A stretch of 64,000 bases of DNA, taken from contig NC_090399.1 of assembly GCF_036365525.1 (NCBI RefSeq), positions 53,910,430 to 53,974,429 of the forward strand. Reading direction: 5' to 3'. Shown piece by piece: positions 24,201-34,829 of the stretch (position 1 is its first letter; each line of letters starts with the position of its first letter). The position numbers and the translations under genes are program-made. Below the pieces are notes generated by a model. That model did no database searches. It was not told the DNA's origin and saw nothing but the letters and a program-made list of their open reading frames with translations. The DNA is from Heterodontus francisci (Eukaryota).

Positions 24201-27200
24201 CTGATCGGGTACATGGAGGAACAGGGGAGTGTGGAGTGGAGGGAAGGGTAGGGCTGATCGGGTACATAGAGGAACAGGGGAGTGTGGAGTGGAGGGAAGG
24301 GTGGGGCTTATCGGGTACATGGTGGAACAGGGGAGTGTGGAGTGGAGGGAAGGGTGGGGCTGATCGGGTACATAGAGGAACAGGGGAGTGTGGAGTGGAG
24401 GGAAGGGTGGGGCTGATCGGGTACATAGAGGAACAGGGGAGTGTGGAGTGGAGGGAAGGGTGGGGCTGATCGGGTACATGGAGGAACAGGGGAGTGTGGA
24501 GTGGAGGGAAGGGTGGGGCTGATCGGGTACATAGAGGAACAGGGGAGTGTGGAGCGGAGGGAAGGGTGGGGCTGATCGGGTACATGGAGGAACAGGGGAG
24601 TGTGGAGTGGAGGGAAGGGTGGGGCTGATCGGGTACATAGAGGAACAGGGGAGTGTGGAGTGGAGGGAAGGGTGGGGCTGATCGGGTACATGGTGGAACA
24701 GGGGAGTGTGGAGTGGAGGGAAGGGTGGGGCTGAACGGGTACATGGAGGAACAGGGGAGTGTGGAGTGGAGCGATGGGTGGGGCTGATCGGGTACATGGA
24801 GGAACAGGGGAGTGTGGAGTGGAGGGAAGGGTGGGGCTGATCGGGTACATAGAGGAACAGGGGAGTGTGGAGTGGAGGGAAGGGTGGGGCTGATCGGGTA
24901 CATAGAGGAACAGGGGAGTGTGGAGTCGAGGGAAGGGTGGGGCTGAGCGGGTACATGGAGGAACAGGGGAGTGTGGAGTGGAGGGAAGGGTGGGGCTGAT
25001 CGGGTACATAGAGGAACAGGGGAGTGTGGAGTGGAGGGAAGGGTGGGGCTGATCGGGTACATAGAGGAACAGGGGAGTGTGGAGTGGAGGGAAGGGTGGG
25101 GCTGATCGGGAACATGGAGGAACTGGGGAGTGTGGAGTGGAGGGAAGGGTGGGGCTGATCGGGTACATGGAGGAACTGGGGAGTGTGGAGTGGAGGGAAG
25201 GGTGGGGCTGATCGGGTACATAGAGGAACAGGGGAGTGTGGAGCGGAGGGAAGGGTGGGGCTGATCGGGTACATAGAGGAACAGGGGAGTGTGGAGTGGA
25301 GGGAAGGGTGGGGCTGATCGGGTACATAGAGGAACAGGGGAGTGTGGAGTGGAGGGAAGGGTGGGGCTGATCGGGTACATGGAGGAACAGGGGAGTGTGG
25401 AGTGGAGGGAAGGGTGGGGCTGATCGGGTACATGGAGGAACAGGGGCGTGTGGAGTGGAGGGAAGGGTGGGGCTGAACGGGTACATAGAGGAACAGGGGA
25501 GTGTGGAGTGGAGGGAAGGGTGGGGCTGATCGGGTACATAGAGGAACAGGGGAGTGTGGAGTGGAGGGAAGGGTGGGGCTTATCGGGTACATGGAGGAAC
25601 AGGGGAGTGTGGAGTGGAGGGAAGGGTGGGGCTGATCGGGTACATAGAGGAACAGGGGAGTGTGGAGTGAAGGGAAGGGTGGGGCTGATCGGGTACATGG
25701 AGGAACAGGGCAGTGTGGAGTGGAGGGAAGGGTGGAGCTGATCGGGTACATAGAGGAACAGGGGAGTGTGGAGTGGAGGGAAGGGTGGGGCTGATCGGGT
25801 ACATGGAGGAACAGGGGAGTGTGGAGTGGAGGGAAGGGTGGGGCTGATCGGGTACATAGAGGAACAGGGGAGTGTGGAGTGGAGGGAAGGGTGGGGCTGA
25901 TCGGGTACATGGTGGAACAGGGGAGTGTGGAGTGGAGGGAAGGGTGGGGCTGATCGGGTACATGGAGGAACAGGGGAGTGTGGAGTGGAGGGAAGGGTGG
26001 GGCTGATCGGGTACAAAGAGGAACAGGGGAGTGTGGAGTGGAGGGAAGGGTGGGGCTGATCGTGTACATGGAGGAACAGGGGAGTGTGGAGTGGAGGGAA
26101 GGGTGGGGCTGATCGTGTACATAGAGGAACAGGGGAGTGTGGAGTGGAGGGAACGGTGGTGCTGATCAGGTACATGGAGGAACAGGGGAGTGTGGAGTGG
26201 AGGGAAGGGTGGGGCTGATCGGGTACATGGTGGAACAGGGGAGTGTGGAGCGGAGGGAAGGGTGGGGCTGATCGGGTACATAGAGGAACAGGGGAGTGTG
26301 GAGTGGAGGGAAGGGTGGGGCTGATCGGGTGCATGGAGGAACAGGGGAGTGTGGAGTGGAGGGAAGGGTGGTGCTGATCGGGTACAAAGAGGAACAGGGG
26401 AGTGTGGAGTGGAGGGAAGGGTGGGGCTAATCGGGTACATAGAGGAACAGGGGAGTGTGGAGTGGAGGGAAGGGTGGGGCTGATCGGGCACATGGAAGAA
26501 CAGGGGAGTGTGGAGTGGAGGGAAGGGTGGGGCTGATCGGGTACATAGAGGAACAGGGGAGTGTGGAGTGGAGGGAAGGGTGGGGCTGATCGGGTACATA
26601 GAGGAACAGGGGAGTGTGGAGTGGAGGGAAGGGTGGGGCTGATCGGGTACATGGAGGAACAGGGGAGTGTGGAGTGGAGGGAAGGGTGGGGCTGATCGGG
26701 TACATGGAGGAACAGGGGAGTGTGGAGTGGAGGGAAGGGTGGGGCTGATCGGGTACATAGAGGAACAGGGGAGTGTGGAGTGAAGGGAAGGGTGGGGCTG
26801 ATCGGGTACATGGAGGAACAGGGCAGTGTGGAGTGGAGGGAAGGGTGGAGCTGATCGGGTACATAGAGGAACAGGGGAGTGTGGAGTGGAGGGAAGGGTG
26901 GGGCTGATCGGGTACATGGAGGAACAGGGGAGTGTGGAGTGGAGGGAAGGGTGGGGCTGATCGGGTACATAGAGGAACAGGGGAGTGTGGAGTGGAGGGA
27001 AGGGTGGGGCTGATCGGGTACATGGTGGAACAGGGGAGTGTGGAGTGGAGGGAAGGGTGGGGCTGATCGGGTACATGGAGGAACAGGGGAGTGTGGAGTG
27101 GAGGGAAGGGTGGGGCTGATCGGGTACAAAGAGGAACAGGGGAGTGTGGAGTGGAGGGAAGGGTGGGGCTGATCGTGTACATGGAGGAACAGGGGAGTGT

Positions 27201-30200
27201 GGAGTGGAGGGAAGGGTGGGGCTGATCGTGTACATAGAGGAACAGGGGAGTGTGGAGTGGAGGGAACGGTGGTGCTGATCAGGTACATGGAGGAACAGGG
27301 GAGTGTGGAGTGGAGGGAAGGGTGGGGCTGATCGGGTACATGGTGGAACAGGGGAGTGTGGAGCGGAGGGAAGGGTGGGGCTGATCGGGTACATAGAGGA
27401 ACAGGGGAGTGTGGAGTGGAGGGAAGGGTGGGGCTGATCGGGTGCATGGAGGAACAGGGGAGTGTGGAGTGGAGGGAAGGGTGGTGCTGATCGGGTACAA
27501 AGAGGAACAGGGGAGTGTGGAGTGGAGGGAAGGGTGGGGCTAATCGGGTACATAGAGGAACAGGGGAGTGTGGAGTGGAGGGAAGGGTGGGGCTGATCGG
27601 GCACATGGAAGAACAGGGGAGTGTGGAGTGGAGGGAAGGGTGGGGCTGATCGGGTACATAGAGGAACAGGGGAGTGTGGAGTGGAGGGAAGGGTGGGGCT
27701 GATCGGGTACATAGAGGAACAGGGGAGTGTGGAGTGGAGGGAAGGGTGGGGCTGATCGGGTACATGGAGGAACAGGGGAGTGTGGAGTGGAGGGAAGGGT
27801 GGGGCTGATCGGGTACATGGAGGAACAGGGGAGTGTGGAGCGGAGGGAAGGGTGGGGCTGATCGGGTACATGGTGGAACAGGGGAGTGTGGAGTGGAGGG
27901 AAGGGTGGGGCTGATCGGGTACATGGAGGAACAGGGGAGTGTGGAGTCGAGGGAAGGGTGGGGCTGATCGGGTACATGGAGGAACAGGGGAGTGTGGAGC
28001 GGAGGGAAGGGTGGGGCTGATCGGGTACATGGTGGAACAGGGGAGTGTGGAGTGGAGGGAAGGGTGGGGCTGATCGGGTACATGGAGGAACAGGGGAGTG
28101 TGGAGCGGAGGGAAGGGTGGGGCTGATCGGGTACATAGAGGAACAGGGGAGTGTGGAGCGGAGGGAAGGGTGGGGCTGATCGGGTACATAGAGGAACAGG
28201 GGAGTGTGGAGTGGAGGGAAGGGTGGGGCTGATCGGGTACATGGAGGAACAGGGGAGTGTGGAGCGGAGGGAAGGGTGGGGCTGATCGGGTACATGGAGG
28301 AACAGGGGAGTGTGGAGTGGAGGGAAGGGTGGGGCTGATCGGGTACATGGAGGAACAGGGGAGTGTGGAGTGGAGGGAAGGGTGGGGCTGATCGGGTACA
28401 AAGAGGAACAGGGGAGTGTGGAGTTTAGGGAAGGGTGGGGCTGATCGGGTACATGGAGGAACAGGGGAGTGTGGAGTGGAGGGAAGGGTGGGGCTGATCG
28501 GGTACATAGAGGAACAGGGGAGTGTGGAGTGGAGGGAAGGGTGGGGCTGATCGGGTACATGGAGGAACAGGGGAGTGTGGAGTGGAGGGAAGGGTGGGGC
28601 TGATCGGGTACATAGAGGAACAGGGGAGTGTGGAGTGGAGGGAAGGGTGGGGCTGATCGGGTACAAAGAGGAACAGGGGAGTGTGGAGTCGAGGGAAGGG
28701 TGGGGCTGATCTGGTACATAGAGGAACAGGGGAGTGTGGAGTGGAGGGAAGGGTGGGGCTGATCGGGTACATAGAGGAACAGGGGAGTGTGGAGAGGAGG
28801 GAAGGGTGGGGCTGATCGGGTACATAGAGGAACAGGGGAGTGTGGAGCGGAGGGAAGGGTGGGGCTGATCGGGTACATAGAGGAACAGGGGAGTGTGGAG
28901 TGGAGGGAAGGGTGGGGCTGATCGGGTACATGGAGGAACAGGGGAGTGTGGAGTGGAGGGAAGGGTGGGGCGGATCGGGTACATGGAGGAACAGGGGAGT
29001 GTGGAGCGGAGGGAAGGGTGGGGCTGTTCGGGTACATGGAGGAACAGGGGAGTGTGGAGTGGAGGGAAGGGTGGGGCTGATCGGGTACATAGAGGAACAG
29101 GGGAGTGTGGAGTGGAGGGAAGGGTGGGGCTGATTGGGTACATGGAGGAACAGGGGAGTGTGGAGTGGAGGGAAGGGTGGTGCTGATTGGGTACATAGAG
29201 GAGCAGGGGAGTGTGGAGTGGAGGGAAGGGTGGGGCTGATCGGGTACATGGAGGAACAGGGGAGTGTGTAGTGGAGGGAAGGGTGGGGCTGATCGGGTAC
29301 ATAGAGGAACAGGGGAGTGTGGAGTGGAGGGAAGGGTGGGGCTGATCGGGTACATAGAGGAACAGGGGAGTGTGGAGTGGAGGGAAGGGTGGGGCTGATC
29401 GGGTACATGGAGGAACAGGGGAGTGTGGAGTGGAGGGAAGGGTGGGGCTGATCGGGTACATGGTGGAACAGGGGAGTGTGGAGTGGAGGGAAGGGTGGGG
29501 CTGATCGGGTACATGGAGGAACAGGGGAGTGTGGAGTGGAGGGAAGGGTGGGGCTGATCGGGTACATGGAGGAACAGGGGAGTGTGGAGTGGAGGGAAGG
29601 GTGGGGCTGATTGGGTACATAGAGGAGCAGGGGAGTGTGGAGTGGAGGGAAGGGTGGGGCTGATCGGGTACAAAGAGGAACAGGGGAGTGTGGAGTGGAG
29701 GGAAGGGTGGGGCTGATCCGGTACATGGAGGAACAGGGGAGTGTGGAGCGGAGGGAAGGGTGGGGCTGATCGGGTACATGGAGGAACAGGGGAGTGTGGA
29801 GCGGAGGGAAGGGTGGGGCTGATGGGGTACATAGAGGAACAGGGGAGTGTGGAGTGGAGGGAAGGGTGGGGCTGATCGGGTACATAGAGGAACAGGGGAG
29901 TGTGGAGCGGAGGGAAGGGTGGGGCTGATGGGGTACATAGAGGAACAGGGGAGTGTGGAGTGGAGGGAAGGGTGGGGCTGATCGGGTACATAGAGGAACA
30001 GGGGAGTGTGGAGTCGAGGGAAGGGTGGGGCTGATCGGGTACATGGAGGAACAGGGCAGTGTGGAGTGGAGGAAAGGGTGGGGCTGATCGGGTACATGGA
30101 GGAACAGGGGAGTGTGGAGTGAAGGGAAGGGTGGGGCTGATCGGGTACATGGAGGAACAGGGGAGTGTGGAGTGGAGGGAAGGGTGGGGCTGATCGGGTA

Positions 30201-32995
30201 CATGGAGGAACAGGGCAGTGTGGAGTGGAGGAAAGGGTGGGGCTGATCGGGTACATGGAGGAACAGGGGAGTGTGGAGTGAAGGGAAGGGTGGGGCTGAT
30301 CGGGTACATGGAGGAACAGGGCAGTGTGGAGTGGAGGGAAGGGTGGGGCTGATCGGGTTCATAGAGGAACAGGGGAGTGTGGAGTGGAGGGAAGGGTGGG
30401 GCTGATCGGGTACATAGAGGAACAGGGGAGTGTGGAGTGAAGGGAAGGGTGGGGCTGATCGGGTACATGGAGGAACAGGGCAGTGTGGAGTGGAGGGAAG
30501 GGTGGGGCTGATCGGGTTCATAGAGGAACAGGGGAGTGTGGAGTGGAGGGAAGGGTGGGGCTGATCGGGTACATAGAGGAACAGGGGAGTGTGGAGTGAA
30601 GGGAAGGGTGGGGCTGATCGGGTACATGGAGGAACAGGGCAGTGTGGAGTGGAGGGAAGGGTGGGGCTGATCGGGTTCATAGAGGAACAGGGGAGTGTGG
30701 AGTGGAGGGAAGGGTGGGGCTGATCGGGTTCATAGAGGAACAGGGGAGTGTGGAGTGGAGGGAAGGGTGGGGCTGATCGGGTACATGGTGGAACAGGGGA
30801 GTGTGGAGCGGAGGGAAGGGTGGGGCTGATCGGGTACATGGTGGAACAGGGGAGTGTGGAGCGGAGGGAAGGGTGGGGCTGATCGGGTACATAGAGGAAC
30901 AGGGGAGTGTGGAGTGGAGGGAAGGGTGGGGCTGATCGGGTACATGGTGGAACAGGGGAGTGTGGAGTGGAGGGAAGGGTGGGGCTGATCGGGTACATAG
31001 AGGAACAGGGGAGTGTGGAGTGGAGGGAAGGGTGGGGCTGATCGGGTACATGGAGGAACAGGGGAGTGTGGAGTGGAGGGAAGGGTGGGGCTGATCGGGT
31101 ACATGGAGGAACAGGGGAGTGTGGAGTGGAGGGAAGGGTGGGGCTGATCGGGTACATGGTGGAACAGGGGAGTGTGGAGCGGAGGGAAGGGTGGGGCTGA
31201 TCGGGTACATAGAGGAACAGGGGAGTGTGGAGTGGAGGGAAGGGTGGGGCTGATCGGGTACATGGAGGAACAGGGGAGTGTGGAGTGGAGGGAAGGGTGG
31301 GGCTGATCGGGTACAAAGAGGACCAGGGGAGTGTGGAGTGGAGGGAAGGGTGGGGCTGATCGGGTACATGGTGGAACAGGGGAGTGTGGAGCGGAGGGAA
31401 GGGTGGGGCTGATCGTGTACATAGAGGAACAGGGGAGTGTGGAGTGGAGGGAAGGGTGGGGCTGATCGGGTACATAGAGGAACAGGGGAGTGTGGAGTGG
31501 AGGGAAGGGTGGGGCTGATCGGGTACATGGAGGAACAGGGGAGTGTGGAGTGGAGGGAAGGGTGGGGCTGATCGGGTACATGGAGGAACAGGGGAGTGTG
31601 GAGTGGAGGGAAGGGTGGGGCTGATCGGGTACATGGAGGAACAGGGGAGTGTGGAGCGGAGGGAAGGGTGGGGCTGATCGGGTACATAGAGGAACAGGGG
31701 AGTGTGGAGTGGAGGGAAGGGTGGGGCTGATCGGGTACATAGAGGAACAGGGGAGTGTGGAAGGAAGGGAAGGGTGGGGCTGATCGGGTACATGGAGGAA
31801 CAGGGCAGTGTGGAGTGGAGGGAAGGGTGGGGCTGATCGGGTACATGGAGGAACAGGGGAGTGTGGAGCGGAGGGAAGGGTGGGGCTGATCGGGTACATA
31901 GAGGAACAGGGGAGTGTGGAGTGGAGGGAAGGGTGGGGCTGATCGGGTACATAGAGGAACAGGGGAGTGTGGAAGGAAGGGAAGGGTGGGGCTGATCGGG
32001 TACATGGAGGAACAGGGCAGTGTGGAGTGGAGGGAAGGGTGGGGCTGATCGGGTACATGGAGGAACAGGGGAGTGTGGAGTGGAGGGAAGGGTGGGGCTG
32101 ATCGGGTACATGGAGGAACAGGGGAGTGTGGAGTGGAGGGAAGGGTGGGGCTGATCGGGGACATGGAGGAACAGGGGAGTGTGGAGTGGAGCGATGGGTG
32201 GGGCTGATCGGGTACATAGAGGAACAGGGGAGTGTGGAGTGGAGGGAAGAGTGGGGCTGATCGGGGACATGGAGGAACAGGGGAGTGTGGAGTGGAGGGA
32301 AGGGTGGGGCTGATCGGGTACATAGAGGAACAGGGGAGTGTGGAGTGGAGGGAAGGGTGGGGCCGATCGGGTAAATAGAGGAACAGGGGAGTGTGGAGTG
32401 GAGGGAAGGGTGGGGCTGATCGGGTACATGGAGGAACAGGGGAGTGTGGAGTGGAGGGAAGGGTGGGGCTGATCGGGTACAAAGAGGAACAGGGGAGTGT
32501 GTAGTGGAGGGAAGGGTGGGGCTGATCGGGTACATAGAGGAACAGGGGAGTGTGGAGTGGAGGGAAGGGTGGGGCTGATCGGGTACATAGAGGAACAGGG
32601 GAGTGTGGAGTGGAGGGAAGGGTGGGGCTGATCGGGTACATAGAGGAACAGGGGAGTGTGGAGTGGAGGGAAGGATGGGGCTGATCGGGTACATGGAGGA
32701 ACAGGGGAGTGTGGAGTGGAGGGAAGGGTGGGGCTGATCGGGTACATGGAGGAACAGGGGAGTGTGGAGTGGAGGGAAGGGTGGGGCTGATCGGGTACAT
32801 GGAGGAACAGGGGAGTGTGGAGCGGAGGGAAGGGTGGGGCTGTTCGGGTACATGGAGGAACAGGGGAGTGTGGAGTGGAGGGAAGGGTGGGGCTGATCGG
32901 GTACATAGAGGAACAGGGGAGTGTGTAGTGGAGGGAAGGGTGGGGCTGATCGGGTACATAGAGGAACAGGGGAGTGTGGAGTGGAGGGAAGGGTG
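12273..32995. repeat. G-rich 53-bp tandem satellite, left segment (consensus GGGAAGGGTGGGGCTGATCGGGTACATRGAGGAACAGGGGAGTGTGGAGTGGA)
   Basis: Direct reading. The G-form unit has 29 G, 12 A, 8 T, 4 C; units typically differ by 0-3 substitutions; rare 52-bp and 46-bp units occur. Confidence 0.98.
25620..27840. repeat. Higher-order tandem duplication of 21 units (1113 bp) within the 53-bp array
   Basis: Same order of variant units at offset 1113 (ORF ends 26166/27279 and 26427/27540); boundaries approximate. Confidence 0.8.
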
Positions 32996-33262
32996 TTTGC
33001 CTTTGCTCTGTGACCTTTTGGTCAGCTATGTGGCCTGGTCCAATCTGCACCTTCTCCTTTGTTATCTCTTGCCCAACCCCCACCTCACTTGTTTATAATC
33101 TGTGACTTTTCTAATATTTGTCAGTTCCGAAGAAGGGTCACTGACCCGAAACGTTAACTCTGCTTCTCTTTCCACAGATGCTGCCAGACCTGCTGAGTGA
33201 ATCCAGCATTTCTTGTTTTTGTTTCAGATTTCCAGCATCCGCAGTATTTTGCTTTTATTATA
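32996..33262 (+). mobile_element. 267-bp Penelope-like element terminal-repeat (pLTR) fragment inserted in the 53-bp satellite, with 8-bp TSD GAAGGGTG
   Basis: Unique T-rich sequence breaks one unit. GAAGGGTG occurs at 32988-32995 and 33263-33270, and removing 275 bp restores an intact unit. It contains a minimal hammerhead motif and the GATGCTGCCAGACCTGCTGAG...TCCAGCA block that I recognise as an abundant shark/ray repeat. The Penelope assignment is inferred from the hammerhead architecture. Confidence 0.72.
33123..33159 (+). ncRNA. Minimal type I hammerhead ribozyme motif (core variant U4C, extra A after A9)
   Basis: AGTT(stem I)-CCGAAGA-A-GGGTC(ACT)GACCC(stem II)-GAAA-CG-TT-AACT(stem I'). 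Stem III is reduced to the palindrome ACGT, as in dimer-forming minimal hammerheads of Penelope-like elements. Predicted cleavage after 33155. Confidence 0.68.
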
Positions 33263-34829
33263 GAAGGGTGGGGCTGATTGGGTACATGGAAGAACAGGGG
33301 AGTGTGGAGTGGAGGGAAGGGTGGGGCTGATCGGGTACATGGAGGAACAGGGGAGTGTGGAGTGGAGGGAAGGGTGGGGCTGATCGGGTACATGGAGGAA
33401 ATGGGGAGTGTGGAGTCGAGGGAAGGGTGGGGCTGATCGGGTACATGGAGGAACAGGGGAGTGTGGAGTGGAGGGAAGGGTGGGGCTGATCGGGTACAAA
33501 GAGGAACAGGGGAGTGTGGAGTGGAGGGAAGGGTGGGGCTGATCGGGTACATAGAGGAACAGGGGAGTGTGGAGTGGAGGGAAGGGTGGGGCTGATCGGG
33601 TACATAGAGGAACAGGGGAGTGTGGAGTGGAGGGAAGGGTGGGGCTTATCGGGTACATGGAGGAACAGGGGAGTGTGGAGTGGAGGGAAGGGTGGGGCTG
33701 ATCGGGTACATAGAGGAACAGGGGAGTGTGGAGTGAAGGGAAGGGTGGGGCTGATCGGGTACATGGAGGAACAGGGCAGTGTGGAGTGGAGGGAAGGGTG
33801 GGGCTGATCGGGTACATAGAGGAACAGGGGAGTGTGGAGTGGAGGGAAGGGTGGGGCTGATCGGGTACATGGAGGAACAGGGGAGTGTGGAGTGGAGGGA
33901 AGGGTGGGGCTGATCGGGTACATAGAGGAACAGGGGAGTGTGGAGTGGAGGGAAGGGTGGGGCTGATCGGGTACATGGAGGAACAGGGGAGTGTGGAGTG
34001 GAGGGAAGGGTGGGGCTGATCGGGTACATGGAAGAACAGGGGAGTGTGGAGTGGAGGGAAGGGTGGGGCTGATCGGGTACATAGAGGAACAGGGGAGTGT
34101 GGAGTGGAGGGAAGGGTGGGGCTGATCGGGTGCATGGAGGAACAGGGGAGTGTGGAGTGGAGGGAAGGGTGGGGCTGATCGGGTACAAAGAGGAACAGGG
34201 GAGTGTGGAGTGGAGGGAAGGGTGGGGCTAATCGGGTACATAGAGGAACAGGGGAGTGTGGAGTGGAGGGAAGGGTGGGGCTGATCGGGTACATGGAGGA
34301 ACAGGGGAGTGTGGAGTGGAGGGAAGGGTGGGGCTGATCGGGTACATAGAGGAACAGGGGAGTGTGGAGTAAAGGGAAGGGTGGGGCTGATCGGGTACAT
34401 GGAGGAACAGAGCAGTGTGGAGTGGAGGGAAGGGTGGGGCTGATCGGGTACATAGAGGAACAGGGGAGTGTGGAGTGGAGGGAAGGGTGGGGCTGATCGG
34501 GTACATGGAGGAACAGGGGAGTGTGGAGTGGAGGGAAGGGTGGGGCTGATCGGGTACATAGAGGAACAGGGGAGTGTGGAGTGGAGGGAAGGGTGGGGCT
34601 GATCGGGTACATGGTGGAACAGGGGAGTGTGGAGTGGAGGGAAGGGTGGGGCTGATCGGGTACATGGAGGAACAGGGGAGTGTGGAGCGGAGGGAAGGGT
34701 GGGGCTGATCGGGTACATAGAGGAACAGGGGAGTGTGGAGCGGAGGGAAGGGTGGGGCTGATCGGGTACATAGAGGAACAGGGGAGTGTGGAGTGGAGGG
34801 AAGGGTGGGGCTGATCGGGTACATGGAGG

